DNA from: Longimicrobiales bacterium
GTDB lineage: Bacteria; Gemmatimonadota; Gemmatimonadetes; Longimicrobiales; Gaopeijiaceae
NCBI GenBank assembly: GCA_965198065.1
Contig: CBDAON010000004.1
Location: 1,984,001-2,048,000 of the forward strand
Reading direction: 5' to 3'
DNA: 64,000 nucleotides
Each line of letters starts with the position of its first letter. The stretch's first letter is position 1. Positions 30,012-39,470 of this stretch are shown one piece after another. Below the pieces are notes generated by a model that was not told the origin of the DNA, did no database searches, and worked only from the letters and a program-made list of their open reading frames with translations. Made by a program: the position numbers and the translations under genes.

Positions 30012-31100
30012 TCAGGTTCCTCGGCTGCCCTCGACGGCTCGCGCGGAGGCGTTCAGGCAGAACGTTCCCGGGGTGGGACGGCAGTGGCACAGCGAGAGTG
30101 GAAGGGCCGCGCCCTCACTCGGTGAGATCGTCGCCCTCCCGTCGATCACGCCCTCGACCAGATCAGCCAGCATCTCGGCGAAGCTCGGGTCGTCGTGTGG
30201 GATCGGAACGCGGTGGAAATCCAGCCCGGCGTCCTCCGCCTCCCCTTTCAGCTCCAGGTCCAGCTCCGCGAGCGTCTCGGACTGCTCGTGCATGAACGAG
30301 ACGGCGTCCACCACGATCCGCTTCGCGCGAGCTCGCTCGACCACGTCCTCGATCGCCGGCTGCGTCCACTCGATGTTCCGGCTTGTGTGGTTTTGGTATC
30401 CTAGCTCGTACCGGTCCACTCCCAGTCGCGACGCGATCTCCTCGCACAGCTCCTCCACGTAGTCCTCGTAGCGGCTTCCCTCTTCCAGGTAGCGTTTCGG
30501 CGTTCCGTGCGCGGAGAAAACCAGGAGCGTTTCGGGGTCCGCGAGGTCGAGGCCCCGCTCGGCCGCGAAGCGGCGGATCGCTGCGGCCCGGAGCCCGAGG
30601 TACGCGGGATGGCGGTGCCACCCCGTGATCCCGACGAAGGCCACGTCGCCGCGGTGGTCTCCCAGCGCCGCCTCCACATCGTTCAGGGCCGCCACCGTCG
30701 TGGTCGGCCCGCAGAGGGGATAGATGGGGAGGCCTAGGAGGCGCGTGGCGCCCTCGCTCACCGCGACCTCGACGACGTCGGCGACCAGAGGCGACGTGAA
30801 CTGGAAGGCAGAGTACACCGGGAGGGGTCGATCGCGTCGGGCCAGCGCCGCCTCGAGCGCCCGCGCCTGGCCGTCGGACTGCTCGTTCATCGGCGAAGCG
30901 CCGATGTGCTCGTATTCCTCGATCAGCCCCGGGGCTCGCCGCTCCGCGAGCTCACGACTCCGCTCGAGTCTCGCCACGGGCGTCCCGTGCTCCTCGAGCG
31001 CGGCGTTCGTGTGGAAGATTCGCTCGAGGAAGGGGATCACCTCGGCGAGGGTGGGCCGGGGTGGCTCCCCGAAGTTCAGCACGATGACCGCGTCCTTCAT
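30012..31100 (-). CDS. hemH: Ferrochelatase
   Basis: LNFGEP, FSAHG.P, W..P, F..EQSETL.ELD; coupled to hemE. Confidence 0.93.
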   Translation of the reverse strand: MKDAVIVLNFGEPPRPTLAEVIPFLERIFHTNAALEEHGTPVARLERSRELAERRAPGLIEEYEHIGASPMNEQSDGQARALEAALARRDRPLPVYSAFQFTSPLVADVVEVAVSEGATRLLGLPIYPLCGPTTTVAALNDVEAALGDHRGDVAFVGITGWHRHPAYLGLRAAAIRRFAAERGLDLADPETLLVFSAHGTPKRYLEEGSRYEDYVEELCEEIASRLGVDRYELGYQNHTSRNIEWTQPAIEDVVERARAKRIVVDAVSFMHEQSETLAELDLELKGEAEDAGLDFHRVPIPHDDPSFAEMLADLVEGVIDGRATISPSEGAALPLSLCHCRPTPGTFCLNASARAVEGSRGT

Positions 31101-32176
31101 GGCCTCTTCGGTCCGCTCGCGGGCTCGGGGGAGCGCCTGTCTCCTTCCCTCAGGGCCGCGAGATCCACGGAGTGCACATGCTCGACGACGGCTCGAACGA
31201 CGTCGGGATCCGTTTCCGGAAGAATCCCATGACCCACGTTGAAGATGTGTCCCGGACGCCCGCTGACCCGCTCGACGATCTCGTGTGCCCGGGCGACGGC
31301 GACCTCCTTACCCGCCAGCAGAGACACCGGGTCCAGGTTCCCCTGGATCGCGCGATCGTATCCGATCGTCTTCCACGCCTCGTCGATCGCCACGCGCCAG
31401 TCCACGCTGATCGCGTCGCCTCCTCCGAGCGCCAAGAGAGGGATCAGAGCGGGGTTCCCCGTGGCGAAGTTGATGGAGGGGACGGCGGAGTCGGCCAGCC
31501 CTCCGAGGACCCGGGTGGTATAGGGCAGCACGTAGCGCCCGTAGTCTTCGGGTGCGAGACACCCCGCCCACGAGTCGAATACCTGGATGGCCGCCGCCCC
31601 GGCTTCGGCCTGGGCTCTGGCGAAGGCGAGCACGTGCTCGGACCAGTACGACATGAGCTCGTCCCAGAGCTCGGGCTCGCTCCACATGAAGGCCTTCGTG
31701 CCCTGCCGCTCCCGAGAGCGGGGGGACTCGACGAAGTACGTCATGAGCGTGAAGGGAGCTCCCACGAACCCGACCACGGGAACTACCAGCCGCTCGGTCA
31801 GGATGCGTAGCGTTTCCAGGACGAAGTCGAGCGACTCGCGTGGGTCGAAGGGCGCGAGCGAGCGAATCCGCTCTGCGGTGTCGAACGGCTGGGGGAGAAG
31901 CGGGCCGAGCCCCTTGTGGATCGTGACCTCGAGGCCGGCCCCGATGAAGATCGTCGAGATGTCAGCGAAGAGGACGGCCGCGTCGACCGGAAAGTACTCG
32001 AGGGGGAGCGCGGTGATGCGGGCGGCGAGCTCCGGATCGCGGGTTACCTCCAGCAGGTCGCGATCTCGCTTGAGCTCACGGTAGCGCGGAAGGGAGCGCC
32101 CCGCCTGCCGCATGAACCAGACGGGGGTACGATCCAGGGGCTCGCGCCGGAGCGCGCGGAGTAGGAGATCGTTCAA
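31097..32176 (-). CDS. hemE: Uroporphyrinogen decarboxylase
   Basis: PVWFMRQAGRSLP, GFVGAPFT, QVFDSW, QGNLDP, FNVGHG. Confidence 0.97.
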   Translation of the reverse strand: MNDLLLRALRREPLDRTPVWFMRQAGRSLPRYRELKRDRDLLEVTRDPELAARITALPLEYFPVDAAVLFADISTIFIGAGLEVTIHKGLGPLLPQPFDTAERIRSLAPFDPRESLDFVLETLRILTERLVVPVVGFVGAPFTLMTYFVESPRSRERQGTKAFMWSEPELWDELMSYWSEHVLAFARAQAEAGAAAIQVFDSWAGCLAPEDYGRYVLPYTTRVLGGLADSAVPSINFATGNPALIPLLALGGGDAISVDWRVAIDEAWKTIGYDRAIQGNLDPVSLLAGKEVAVARAHEIVERVSGRPGHIFNVGHGILPETDPDVVRAVVEHVHSVDLAALREGDRRSPEPASGPKRP

Positions 32177-32287
32177 GCAGGCGTCGATCCCGAGAATCGG
32201 CGGAGAGCCGCGGTGGATGGCATTGCCCTTGGCCGCCCTCGCGTCTCAATTGGTCCACGAGCCTCTCGACTCGAACCCGCATCCTAC

Positions 32288-33271
32288 GTGGAAACCAAAC
32301 GACCCACCATCCCCGCGGCCGAGGAGATCCTGGGCGGATACTTCCCGGTTCTGGATCACGGATTCGTCTCCCTGGTGGATTACATGGGGTCCGACGAGGA
32401 CGTCGAGCGGGCGGCGCGGGTGAGCTACGGGTACGGGACCCGGAAGCTTTCCCAGACCCGGGGGCTCGTTCGCTATCTCCGCCGGCATCGACACACAACG
32501 CCGTCGGAGATGGTCGAGCTCAAGTTCCACTGCGCTATGCCGATGTTCGTGGCACGGCAGTGGATACGACATCGGTCGGCCTCCGTGAACGAGTACAGCG
32601 CTAGGTACTCGCTCCTCCCGCTCCTCTTCTACAAGCCGGGCGCGGAGAGCTTCGCGCTCCAGAGCCGGTCGAACCGACAGGGTCGAGGAGAGCCAGCCCC
32701 CAGGGAGCTGTGGAAGGCGGCGGTGGAGCGTTGGGAAAGGATCCGGTCTGAAGCGTCGGCGGGGTACGAGTGGCTCCTCGGTGAGGACGTCGCTCGGGAG
32801 CTCGCCCGGATCGACCTCCCGCTCTCGACGTATACGCAGTGGTACTGGAAGATCGACCTCCACAACCTCTTCCACTTCCTCTCTCTCCGGGCGGACTCGC
32901 GCGCTCAGTTGGAGATTCGCGAGTACGCACAGGTCATTGCGGGGATGCTGAAGCGTGTCGCCCCCCTCTCGTTCGAGGCATGGGTGGATTACGAGCTCGG
33001 GGGCGCTGCCATGAGCCACGGGGAGCTCGATGCGCTCCGTGGGCTGATCGAGCCGCGGGGGGAAGATGGGATCGCGGTGCGGAGCGGCGTCGCGGAGCTG
33101 GGGGCCGCGGCGCTCTCCGAGCTGGGTCTCTCGAAGCGGGAGGTCCGGGAGCTCCTGGAGAAGCTCGAGCCGCGCACGCTTCCTGACTTCGAGCTGGACC
33201 TCTCCCGGATGCGCGCCCCTGAGGCCGTCGCCACCGAGATGGAGCGAGCCGTGCCGGGCGTATTCGAGTGA
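32288..33271 (+). CDS. thyX: FAD-dependent thymidylate synthase
   Basis: AARVSY, RQWIRHRSASVNEYSARY, ELARIDLP, AQLEIR; start could be 32213. Confidence 0.95.
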   Translation: METKRPTIPAAEEILGGYFPVLDHGFVSLVDYMGSDEDVERAARVSYGYGTRKLSQTRGLVRYLRRHRHTTPSEMVELKFHCAMPMFVARQWIRHRSASVNEYSARYSLLPLLFYKPGAESFALQSRSNRQGRGEPAPRELWKAAVERWERIRSEASAGYEWLLGEDVARELARIDLPLSTYTQWYWKIDLHNLFHFLSLRADSRAQLEIREYAQVIAGMLKRVAPLSFEAWVDYELGGAAMSHGELDALRGLIEPRGEDGIAVRSGVAELGAAALSELGLSKREVRELLEKLEPRTLPDFELDLSRMRAPEAVATEMERAVPGVFE

Positions 33272-34377
33272 CCAGGGACCGAGCAAAGAGCCAGCCCATG
33301 GAGGGGCGGGCCTCCGGTGGTGGCCGGGCAGAGGGTCGAGCCGGCCGGGCTGACGCCCCCCCGGGGACCGTCGGGAGGGCTGCCAGGGGGGCCGGAAAGG
33401 CCGATGGGTCCGGCGGCTCGGCGAAAGACGCGTTCCCGGGGGGCCCTCGGGTGGACGACCACGTCGGGAACACTCCGATGGTCCGCCTGATCCGGGTGGT
33501 CGAGCCGGACATGGCGGAGGTCTGGGTCAAGCTCGAGGGGATGAATCCCGCCGGCTCGATCAAGGACCGCCCCGCCAAAGCGATGATCGACGATGCGGAG
33601 AGACGAGGGGTCCTCCGGCCCGGCGGGACGATCGTCGAGCCGACGTCGGGAAACACGGGAATCGGACTCGCCCAGATTGCCGCGGCGCGCGGGTATCGGC
33701 TCGTTCTGTGCCTTCCCGCGCAGATGAGCGAGGAACGGAAGCTCACCCTCACGTCATTCGGCGCGGAGCTCGTGCTAACCGATCCGGAGCGACGCATGCT
33801 CGCCGCTATCGAGAAGGCCGAGGAGCTCGAGAAGGAGCTCGGCGCCTTCTACCCGAATCAGTTCGCGAATCCCGTCAACCCCCAGATCCACTACGACACG
33901 ACAGCGCCCGAGATCTGGCGTGATATGGAGGGACGGATCGACGCGTTCGTCTACGGCTCGGGCACGGGCGGCACGATCACGGGTGTGGGTCGCTACCTTA
34001 AGGAGCACGACCGGAACATCCACGTCGTGGCCGTCGAACCCTGGCGCTCGGCGGTCCTCTCCGGCAAGGAGCGCGGGCAGCATGAGTTCCAGGGCATGGG
34101 TCCGGGGTTCATCCCGGCGAACCTCGACCTCGGCGTCGTGGACGAGGTCCTCCCGCAGTGGGAGGAAGAGGCGTTTCCGTTGGCCCGCCGCCTGGTTCGA
34201 GAGGAAGGCCTGTTCCTCGGCATGAGCTCGGGAGCGATCGTGCTCGCCGCTTTACAGGTGGCGAGGCGGATGGGCCCGGGTCACCGGGTCGTCGCGATCT
34301 CTCCCGACTCCGGGGCCCGCTACCTGAGCACGTCGCTCTATTCGGCCCATCCCGAGGAGGCTGGGAGCGCGGAGTGA
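33268..34377 (+). CDS. cysK: Cysteine synthase (PLP-dependent)
   Basis: GNTP, KLEGMNPAGSIKDR, EPTSGNTG, GTGGT; low-complexity N-terminus, start uncertain. Confidence 0.92.
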   Translation: MTRDRAKSQPMEGRASGGGRAEGRAGRADAPPGTVGRAARGAGKADGSGGSAKDAFPGGPRVDDHVGNTPMVRLIRVVEPDMAEVWVKLEGMNPAGSIKDRPAKAMIDDAERRGVLRPGGTIVEPTSGNTGIGLAQIAAARGYRLVLCLPAQMSEERKLTLTSFGAELVLTDPERRMLAAIEKAEELEKELGAFYPNQFANPVNPQIHYDTTAPEIWRDMEGRIDAFVYGSGTGGTITGVGRYLKEHDRNIHVVAVEPWRSAVLSGKERGQHEFQGMGPGFIPANLDLGVVDEVLPQWEEEAFPLARRLVREEGLFLGMSSGAIVLAALQVARRMGPGHRVVAISPDSGARYLSTSLYSAHPEEAGSAE

Positions 34378-34530
34378 GCCGCTGGAATCGGCTCAGGTAC
34401 TCTCTCTATGCGTCCATTTACGACCGATCGTGGGCTTGGGGGGCTCTCGGCGGAGGGCGATCGATCTCATGGCCCTCGGACCGGGAGAACGCGTCCTCCG
34501 TGGCGTGAAACGTGAGGTCCTTGCATACGC
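34374..34530 (+). pseudogene. Truncated class I SAM methyltransferase remnant
   Basis: GTG overlapping the cysK stop; VSRWNRLRYSLYASIYDR, then shifted VGLGGSRRRAIDLMALGPGERVL, then a decayed motif I; no continuation. Confidence 0.6.
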
Positions 34531-34547
34531 TCTCGTAACTAGCGCCT

Positions 34548-34835
34548 TCAGGGGAGCGTCTCGCCCACCGCCACCACTGCGGTTTCGGGAACCAGGTGGA
34601 GGTCGTCCTCCACGAGGTGGGCGGCGTCGGACATTACGATCACTGCCGTTCCCGGCGGGAGCTCGCGACTGAGGCCAGGGACCGGGTGGTCCTCGGCGGG
34701 AGAGTGGATGGCCACCTGGCCGCGCCGGAGCGACCGGTCGGCGCACGTGCCCACGAGGCGGATGGTGGCCCACCCGGGTCGTGGAGTCCACACCATGTTC
34801 TTGGAGGAGTGTACCCGCGTCTCGTTCGGGTTCAT
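34548..34835 (-). CDS. Small hypothetical protein, possibly GroES-like fold
   Basis: GAGGT SD, GC3-rich codons; P....TIRL...RGQV...LPPGTAVI...HLVPETAVVAV pattern. Confidence 0.65.
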   Translation of the reverse strand: MNPNETRVHSSKNMVWTPRPGWATIRLVGTCADRSLRRGQVAIHSPAEDHPVPGLSRELPPGTAVIVMSDAAHLVEDDLHLVPETAVVAVGETLP

Positions 34836-34866
34836 CGCGACCTCGACAATATGCGTGAGGGTTCGG

Positions 34867-35310
34867 TTACGTCAGCTTTACCTTTCCGTGAGCCAGGAGG
34901 TCCACGGCGGCACCCTGTGCCGCCGTGAGCTCGCGGGGTGCCCCCACCACCACTGCCCGGGATCTTTGATCCTCGGGAATGTGGAGGATGAGGGCGTCCG
35001 GCCCCCGGGGGGGCTCGTAAGGCGTCGCGCGACCGTCGGCGCTCAGGACCACCGCTTTCCCAGGGTGGAGCCGCTCGGCCAGGCGGCATCCGAACTCGAG
35101 CCAGGTGCCGATCGGGTCGGCTCCGGCCTCCGCGATCGGCTCGAGCACGAGGCTCCGGTACTCGCGAACGGCCTCTTCGTACCCTTCCTCGTCACGCTCC
35201 CTGAGCTGTCTCAGGAGCCCCCGATATCCCTCTCTCGGGTCGCGCGCGCTCATCCGCTCGAGAACTTCGGCCAGACGGCGATCGGCCGTCTCTTGGAGGT
35301 CGGAATCCAT
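34867..35310 (-). CDS. Hypothetical protein
   Basis: Protein-like helical ORF (ARDPREGYRGLLRQL...LILHIP); start at internal Met. Confidence 0.7.
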   Translation of the reverse strand: MDSDLQETADRRLAEVLERMSARDPREGYRGLLRQLRERDEEGYEEAVREYRSLVLEPIAEAGADPIGTWLEFGCRLAERLHPGKAVVLSADGRATPYEPPRGPDALILHIPEDQRSRAVVVGAPRELTAAQGAAVDLLAHGKVKLT

Positions 35311-35481
35311 CGAACGAGGATGCTGTCGCGTCACCGCCTGGTCAACGCCGCCGCTCCGAGCCGAAGGCTCCGTATGCACGACTCCTTCCCGGGCGCGCCG
35401 TCAGGGGTGACATTCAGGGTCCCTTCAGGCGTTCCCAGACAACCGACCGGCCGGGATCGCGCCACTCCGCCGAGGCGACCT

Positions 35482-36027
35482 GTGGACACGACATTCGGTG
35501 AGTTCGCTCCGGATCCGCGCGTGCGGGCCGACGAATTCATGGACCTCACCTGGGAGATGTTCGGGGAGCTCTGTCGCGCTCTCGCCATGCGGGTGGGACA
35601 GTCGTACGCGCCGGAGGTCGTGATTGGCATTGCTCGGGACGGAGTTATCCCGGCCGCGGTGCTGGCGTCCATCCTACGCGCGGACTTCTACTCGATGAAG
35701 ATCTCGCGGTGGGACGGCCGCGAGCGCGTGCGGGAGCGACCCGCGGTCCTCTCCGCTGCGCCCCCACAGGTGAAGGGCCGGCGGGTCGTGCTCGTGGACG
35801 AGGTCACCACCTCGGGGGAGACGTTCCGACTCGGGCTCGCGGCCCTGAGGGATGCGGCGCCCGCCGACATTCGGACGGCCGCGGTGTTCGTGCGGCCGCG
35901 CGGATACACCCCCGACCACTTCGCGCTCGAGACCGACGCGACCGTCATCTTCCCGTGGGACCGCAAGGTCTTCGAGGACGGGAAGTGGGTCGTGAACCCC
36001 CGCTATTCGGACGTCCTCGACGAATAA
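35482..36027 (+). CDS. Type I phosphoribosyltransferase
   Basis: GIARDGVIPA, PRPP loop VVLVDEVTTSGET, FPWD; start uncertain. Confidence 0.9.
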   Translation: MDTTFGEFAPDPRVRADEFMDLTWEMFGELCRALAMRVGQSYAPEVVIGIARDGVIPAAVLASILRADFYSMKISRWDGRERVRERPAVLSAAPPQVKGRRVVLVDEVTTSGETFRLGLAALRDAAPADIRTAAVFVRPRGYTPDHFALETDATVIFPWDRKVFEDGKWVVNPRYSDVLDE

Positions 36028-36113
36028 CAAGGGTGACGGTCGAGACCGCCTGGACCGTCAGGGCGCGTGCCTGGAGCCGTGGTCGGGTGTCTGGAGCCCT
36101 CAGGCATGTGTGG

Positions 36114-37391
36114 TCACGCGAGCCGGTCCGCGGTGCGGCGTGCGCTCTCCAGGCGACCCGTGATGCCCGGACGGTCCGCGTAGGCGGCGCAGAGGTGGAT
36201 GCCCCGCGGTAGGACGAGGTCATCCATCGAGCGCCAGCTCCGGTCCCAGGCGGGCATGCGGGTGCGATGCACGAGAAGAGGCGTGGCCTCCGTCCCCGTG
36301 ATCCTCTGAAAGTCTGCCCGGGCGGTTTCCAGGATCTCGTCGTCGGACCGATCGCACACGGCTTCCCGTCCCATTCCGCCCAGAAAGGCCGTAAAGAGGC
36401 CCCTTCGATCGAAAAGCGCCTCGTGCGCGGTGACGCCCCGCGTCGCGTAGCCATCTTCCTCAGTGACCTTGAAGCCCGTGCCCATTTGCCGCAGCGCCCC
36501 TCTGTCGGAGGCCACCAGGGGCACCACGGCGAGCGGGTTGTAGCGGAGGGAAGCGAGCCGGCGCCCCGCGTCGCGGGATAGGGGCTCGATCAGAGGGGAG
36601 GCCTCGGGCGCGGGGAGCGTGAGGACGACCTCCTCGACGGGAACCCTATCGCCCACGCCGCCGTGGACGACCTCGAAGCCGCCTGCCCCCCGCGGTTCGA
36701 TCGCAGCAACGGGACGACCGAGGCGGACGTGCGCGCGGTGCACCTCGGCAAGCGCCCGAGGGAGGGCGCCCATGCCACCCGAGAACGAAACGACCGGGAG
36801 GCGCTCCCACTTGGCCGCGCGAAGGAGCGCGAGGAGGAGGCTCCGCCCGCCGCCCGCGCGCTCCAGGGCCGGCAGCAGCGTGTCCCTCGCCTCCATGCGG
36901 GCCGGATCCGATGCGTAGAGACCGCCGAGGAGAGGTGCCGCGAGCCGCTTGGAGACCTCGGCCCCGAGCTTCCGCTCGAGCGCCTCTGCCACCGACTCTT
37001 CCGGCCGGGGTGCCTCGCGGAACAGGTCCCCCAGCGCCCGGACCTTTCCGGCGGGGGAGATGAGCCGCGTCGCGACGGCCTGCCCGAGGCTGAGCGGCGC
37101 GGGCAGGAGACGCCCCTGATGAAGGACGGTAAACGGCTTCCCGGCGGGGGCACGCACCGTCGAGGGCCCCAGCCCGACTTCGTCCACGACCGCTCGGAGG
37201 CCCCCGGTGAGGCGCATGCGCTGAGGTCCGAGATCCGTCGTCACGGGTCCGAAGGGGCCCTCTACGACGGCGCTCCGCATGACGCCGCCCGGTGCGCTCA
37301 ACGCCTCGAAGAGGACGGCGTCCACGCCACGCTCCCTGAGGAAATGGAGGAGGAAGAGCCCGGAGATCCCGCCGCCCACGATCCCGATCAT
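36114..37391 (-). CDS. hemG: Protoporphyrinogen/coproporphyrinogen oxidase (HemY-type flavoprotein)
   Basis: IVGGGISGL, PGGVMRS, DLGP, GGLYASDP, SFSGGMGALP. Confidence 0.8.
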   Translation of the reverse strand: MIGIVGGGISGLFLLHFLRERGVDAVLFEALSAPGGVMRSAVVEGPFGPVTTDLGPQRMRLTGGLRAVVDEVGLGPSTVRAPAGKPFTVLHQGRLLPAPLSLGQAVATRLISPAGKVRALGDLFREAPRPEESVAEALERKLGAEVSKRLAAPLLGGLYASDPARMEARDTLLPALERAGGGRSLLLALLRAAKWERLPVVSFSGGMGALPRALAEVHRAHVRLGRPVAAIEPRGAGGFEVVHGGVGDRVPVEEVVLTLPAPEASPLIEPLSRDAGRRLASLRYNPLAVVPLVASDRGALRQMGTGFKVTEEDGYATRGVTAHEALFDRRGLFTAFLGGMGREAVCDRSDDEILETARADFQRITGTEATPLLVHRTRMPAWDRSWRSMDDLVLPRGIHLCAAYADRPGITGRLESARRTADRLA

Positions 37392-37407
37392 TGGAGGTGC
37401 AGAGGGA

Positions 37408-38658
37408 TCAGCTCGCCTGCATGGAGTCCAGGAACTCCTGGTTCGTGGCGACCCGCGTCATGCGGTCCATGAGGAACTCGACGGCTTCGGCCGCGGGCAT
37501 ATCCGACAGAAAGTTCCGGAGCAGGTAGACGCGGTTCAGCTCCGTCTCGGTCAGGAGCAGCTCTTCCTTCCGAGTGCCCGAGCGGTTCAGGTCGATCGCG
37601 GGGAAGATCCTCTTGTCGGCGATGTGCCGGTCCAGGATGAGCTCCATGTTCCCGGTGCCCTTGAACTCCTCGAAGATGACCTCGTCCATGCGGCTTCCGG
37701 TCTCGACCAGTGCGGTCGCGATGATGGTGAGAGATCCCCCTCCGTCGATGTTCCGCGCGGCTCCGAAGAAGCGCTTCGGCTTGTGCAGCGCGTTGGCGTC
37801 CACGCCCCCGGAGAGGATCTTCCCCGAGTGCGGGACGGTCACGTTGTAGGCACGCGCGAGACGGGTGATCGAGTCCAGGAGGATCACGACGTCCGTGCCG
37901 TGCTCGACCAGGCGCCTGGCCTTCTCCAGGACCATCTCGGCGACCTGCGTGTGCCGCTCGGCCGGTTCGTCGAACGTGGACGAGATCACTTCCGCGTCCA
38001 CGTGCTCCTCCATGTCGGTGACCTCCTCGGGGCGCTCGTCGATCAGGAGCACGATGAGGAAGATGTCGGGGTGATTCCCGCGGACGGAATTCGCGACCTT
38101 TTGGAGGAGGACCGTCTTCCCCGCCTTCGGCGGTGAGACGATGAGACCGCGCTGCCCCTTCCCGATCGGCGCGATCAGGTCCATCACACGCATCGAGATG
38201 TCGCCGGCCTCGTTCTCGAGTCGGATCCGCTCCTCCGGATACCGGGGGCGCAGGTTGTCGAAGGCGATCCTGTGCTTGGCCTTCTCGGGGTCCCCCAGGT
38301 TCACCTGCTCGACCTTGAGGAGGGCGAGGTAGCGCTCCCCGTTCTTGGGGGGACGGACCTGCCCGAGGATCGTATCCCCGGTCCTCAAATCGAACCGTTT
38401 GATCTGGGAGGGCGAAACGTAGATGTCGTCCGGACCGTACAGGTAGTTCCAGTCGGGCGAGCGCAGGAATCCGTATCCTTCAGGCAGGACCTCGAGGACG
38501 CCCTCGCCCCTGAGCACGACATCGGTGTCGAGCAGGTTCTGCTCGATTCGGAAGATCAGGTCCTGCTTCCGAAGCCCCGAGTAGTTCTGGATGTTGAGCT
38601 CGGCGGCCAGGTCGTGCAGTTCCTGGACGTTTTTCTTCTTTAACTCGGCGATGTCCAC
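37408..38658 (-). CDS. rho: Transcription termination factor Rho
   Basis: [41 protein letters not shown]. Confidence 0.98.
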   Translation of the reverse strand: MDIAELKKKNVQELHDLAAELNIQNYSGLRKQDLIFRIEQNLLDTDVVLRGEGVLEVLPEGYGFLRSPDWNYLYGPDDIYVSPSQIKRFDLRTGDTILGQVRPPKNGERYLALLKVEQVNLGDPEKAKHRIAFDNLRPRYPEERIRLENEAGDISMRVMDLIAPIGKGQRGLIVSPPKAGKTVLLQKVANSVRGNHPDIFLIVLLIDERPEEVTDMEEHVDAEVISSTFDEPAERHTQVAEMVLEKARRLVEHGTDVVILLDSITRLARAYNVTVPHSGKILSGGVDANALHKPKRFFGAARNIDGGGSLTIIATALVETGSRMDEVIFEEFKGTGNMELILDRHIADKRIFPAIDLNRSGTRKEELLLTETELNRVYLLRNFLSDMPAAEAVEFLMDRMTRVATNQEFLDSMQAS

Positions 38659-38854
38659 AGAGGTCTCCAGGTCGGATCGCTCCGAAGGGTTCTGTCCAGC
38701 GGGACTGTCAGGCCGTCGGCCCGTTGCTTGAGATTCGCGTTATGAACTTCGGCCGGAGGCCGGGAACACGGAGGGGCAGTAGCTCGGGAGGCGACTCGGA
38801 AGACGGAGCGCGGCTCGAACTGTCCCGTCGGGTTTCTTCTGAGGATGTTTGGTC

Positions 38855-38883
38855 ATAGTAACGACGGCGAAAAATGAGGTCAA
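38855..38883 (-). promoter_or_regulatory. rho promoter
   Basis: Minus strand TTGACC-17-TACTAT. Confidence 0.7.
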
Positions 38884-38937
38884 GCCCTAGGCGGCCAGAG
38901 CCCGCCGCGCTGCTCGGGGCCGCTTCCGACCCGTGAC

Positions 38938-38966
38938 TTGACAGTCTGGGAGCCCCCCGGGACATT
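38938..38966 (+). promoter_or_regulatory. Divergent promoter for the hypothetical-mlaEFD unit
   Basis: TTGACA-17-GACATT. Confidence 0.5.
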
Positions 38967-39029
38967 CGCGTGAGATCCTTCGGGGGAAGATCCTCCGCCC
39001 GGCGTGTGGACCTCGACTCGGGAGTACGG

Positions 39030-39398
39030 GTGGCACGGCACAATCGCGAAGGGACCGGGGAGGACCAGCGTGGGTTCGAATACCGCATCAGCTACCAGCC
39101 CGACTGGCTTCGCCATGTCAAGGTCACCCGCGCTCTTCCCACCGGACGGCAATCGACCAAGACCCTGTTCCGAAACCCGACGCGGCACCGAGAGGACGCC
39201 CTAGGGAGCCGCGTCCGTACCCGGGTGGTGTGCGAGGAGCAGGGCGTGGACGTCGAGCTCGCTATACGCGGACCCGAGGAAGGGGTTCGTCGCGTCAGCA
39301 TCACCGTTGCCGTTCCGCGGTCGGGGGGAAAGGGGCAGGAGGAAGTCACCTTGACGCTCGAGGACGGGCTTCCTCCTCCACGAAGAAGGTCGCGCTAG
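39030..39398 (+). CDS. Hypothetical protein
   Basis: GGGAG SD before GTG; beta-rich (EYRISYQPDWL..VKVTR....RQSTKTLFRNP). Confidence 0.65.
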   Translation: MARHNREGTGEDQRGFEYRISYQPDWLRHVKVTRALPTGRQSTKTLFRNPTRHREDALGSRVRTRVVCEEQGVDVELAIRGPEEGVRRVSITVAVPRSGGKGQEEVTLTLEDGLPPPRRRSR

Positions 39399-39470
39399 CG
39401 GGAATCGCCGGCGCTCCGGGCGCCCATCGCCATCGTAACGGGGCGCCGTCCCCGTGCAGAGCTTCCCCAC

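Noticed and set aside
32288..34377. Functional meaning of the thyX-cysK overlap
   Set aside because: Start/stop overlaps between unrelated genes occur throughout this window.
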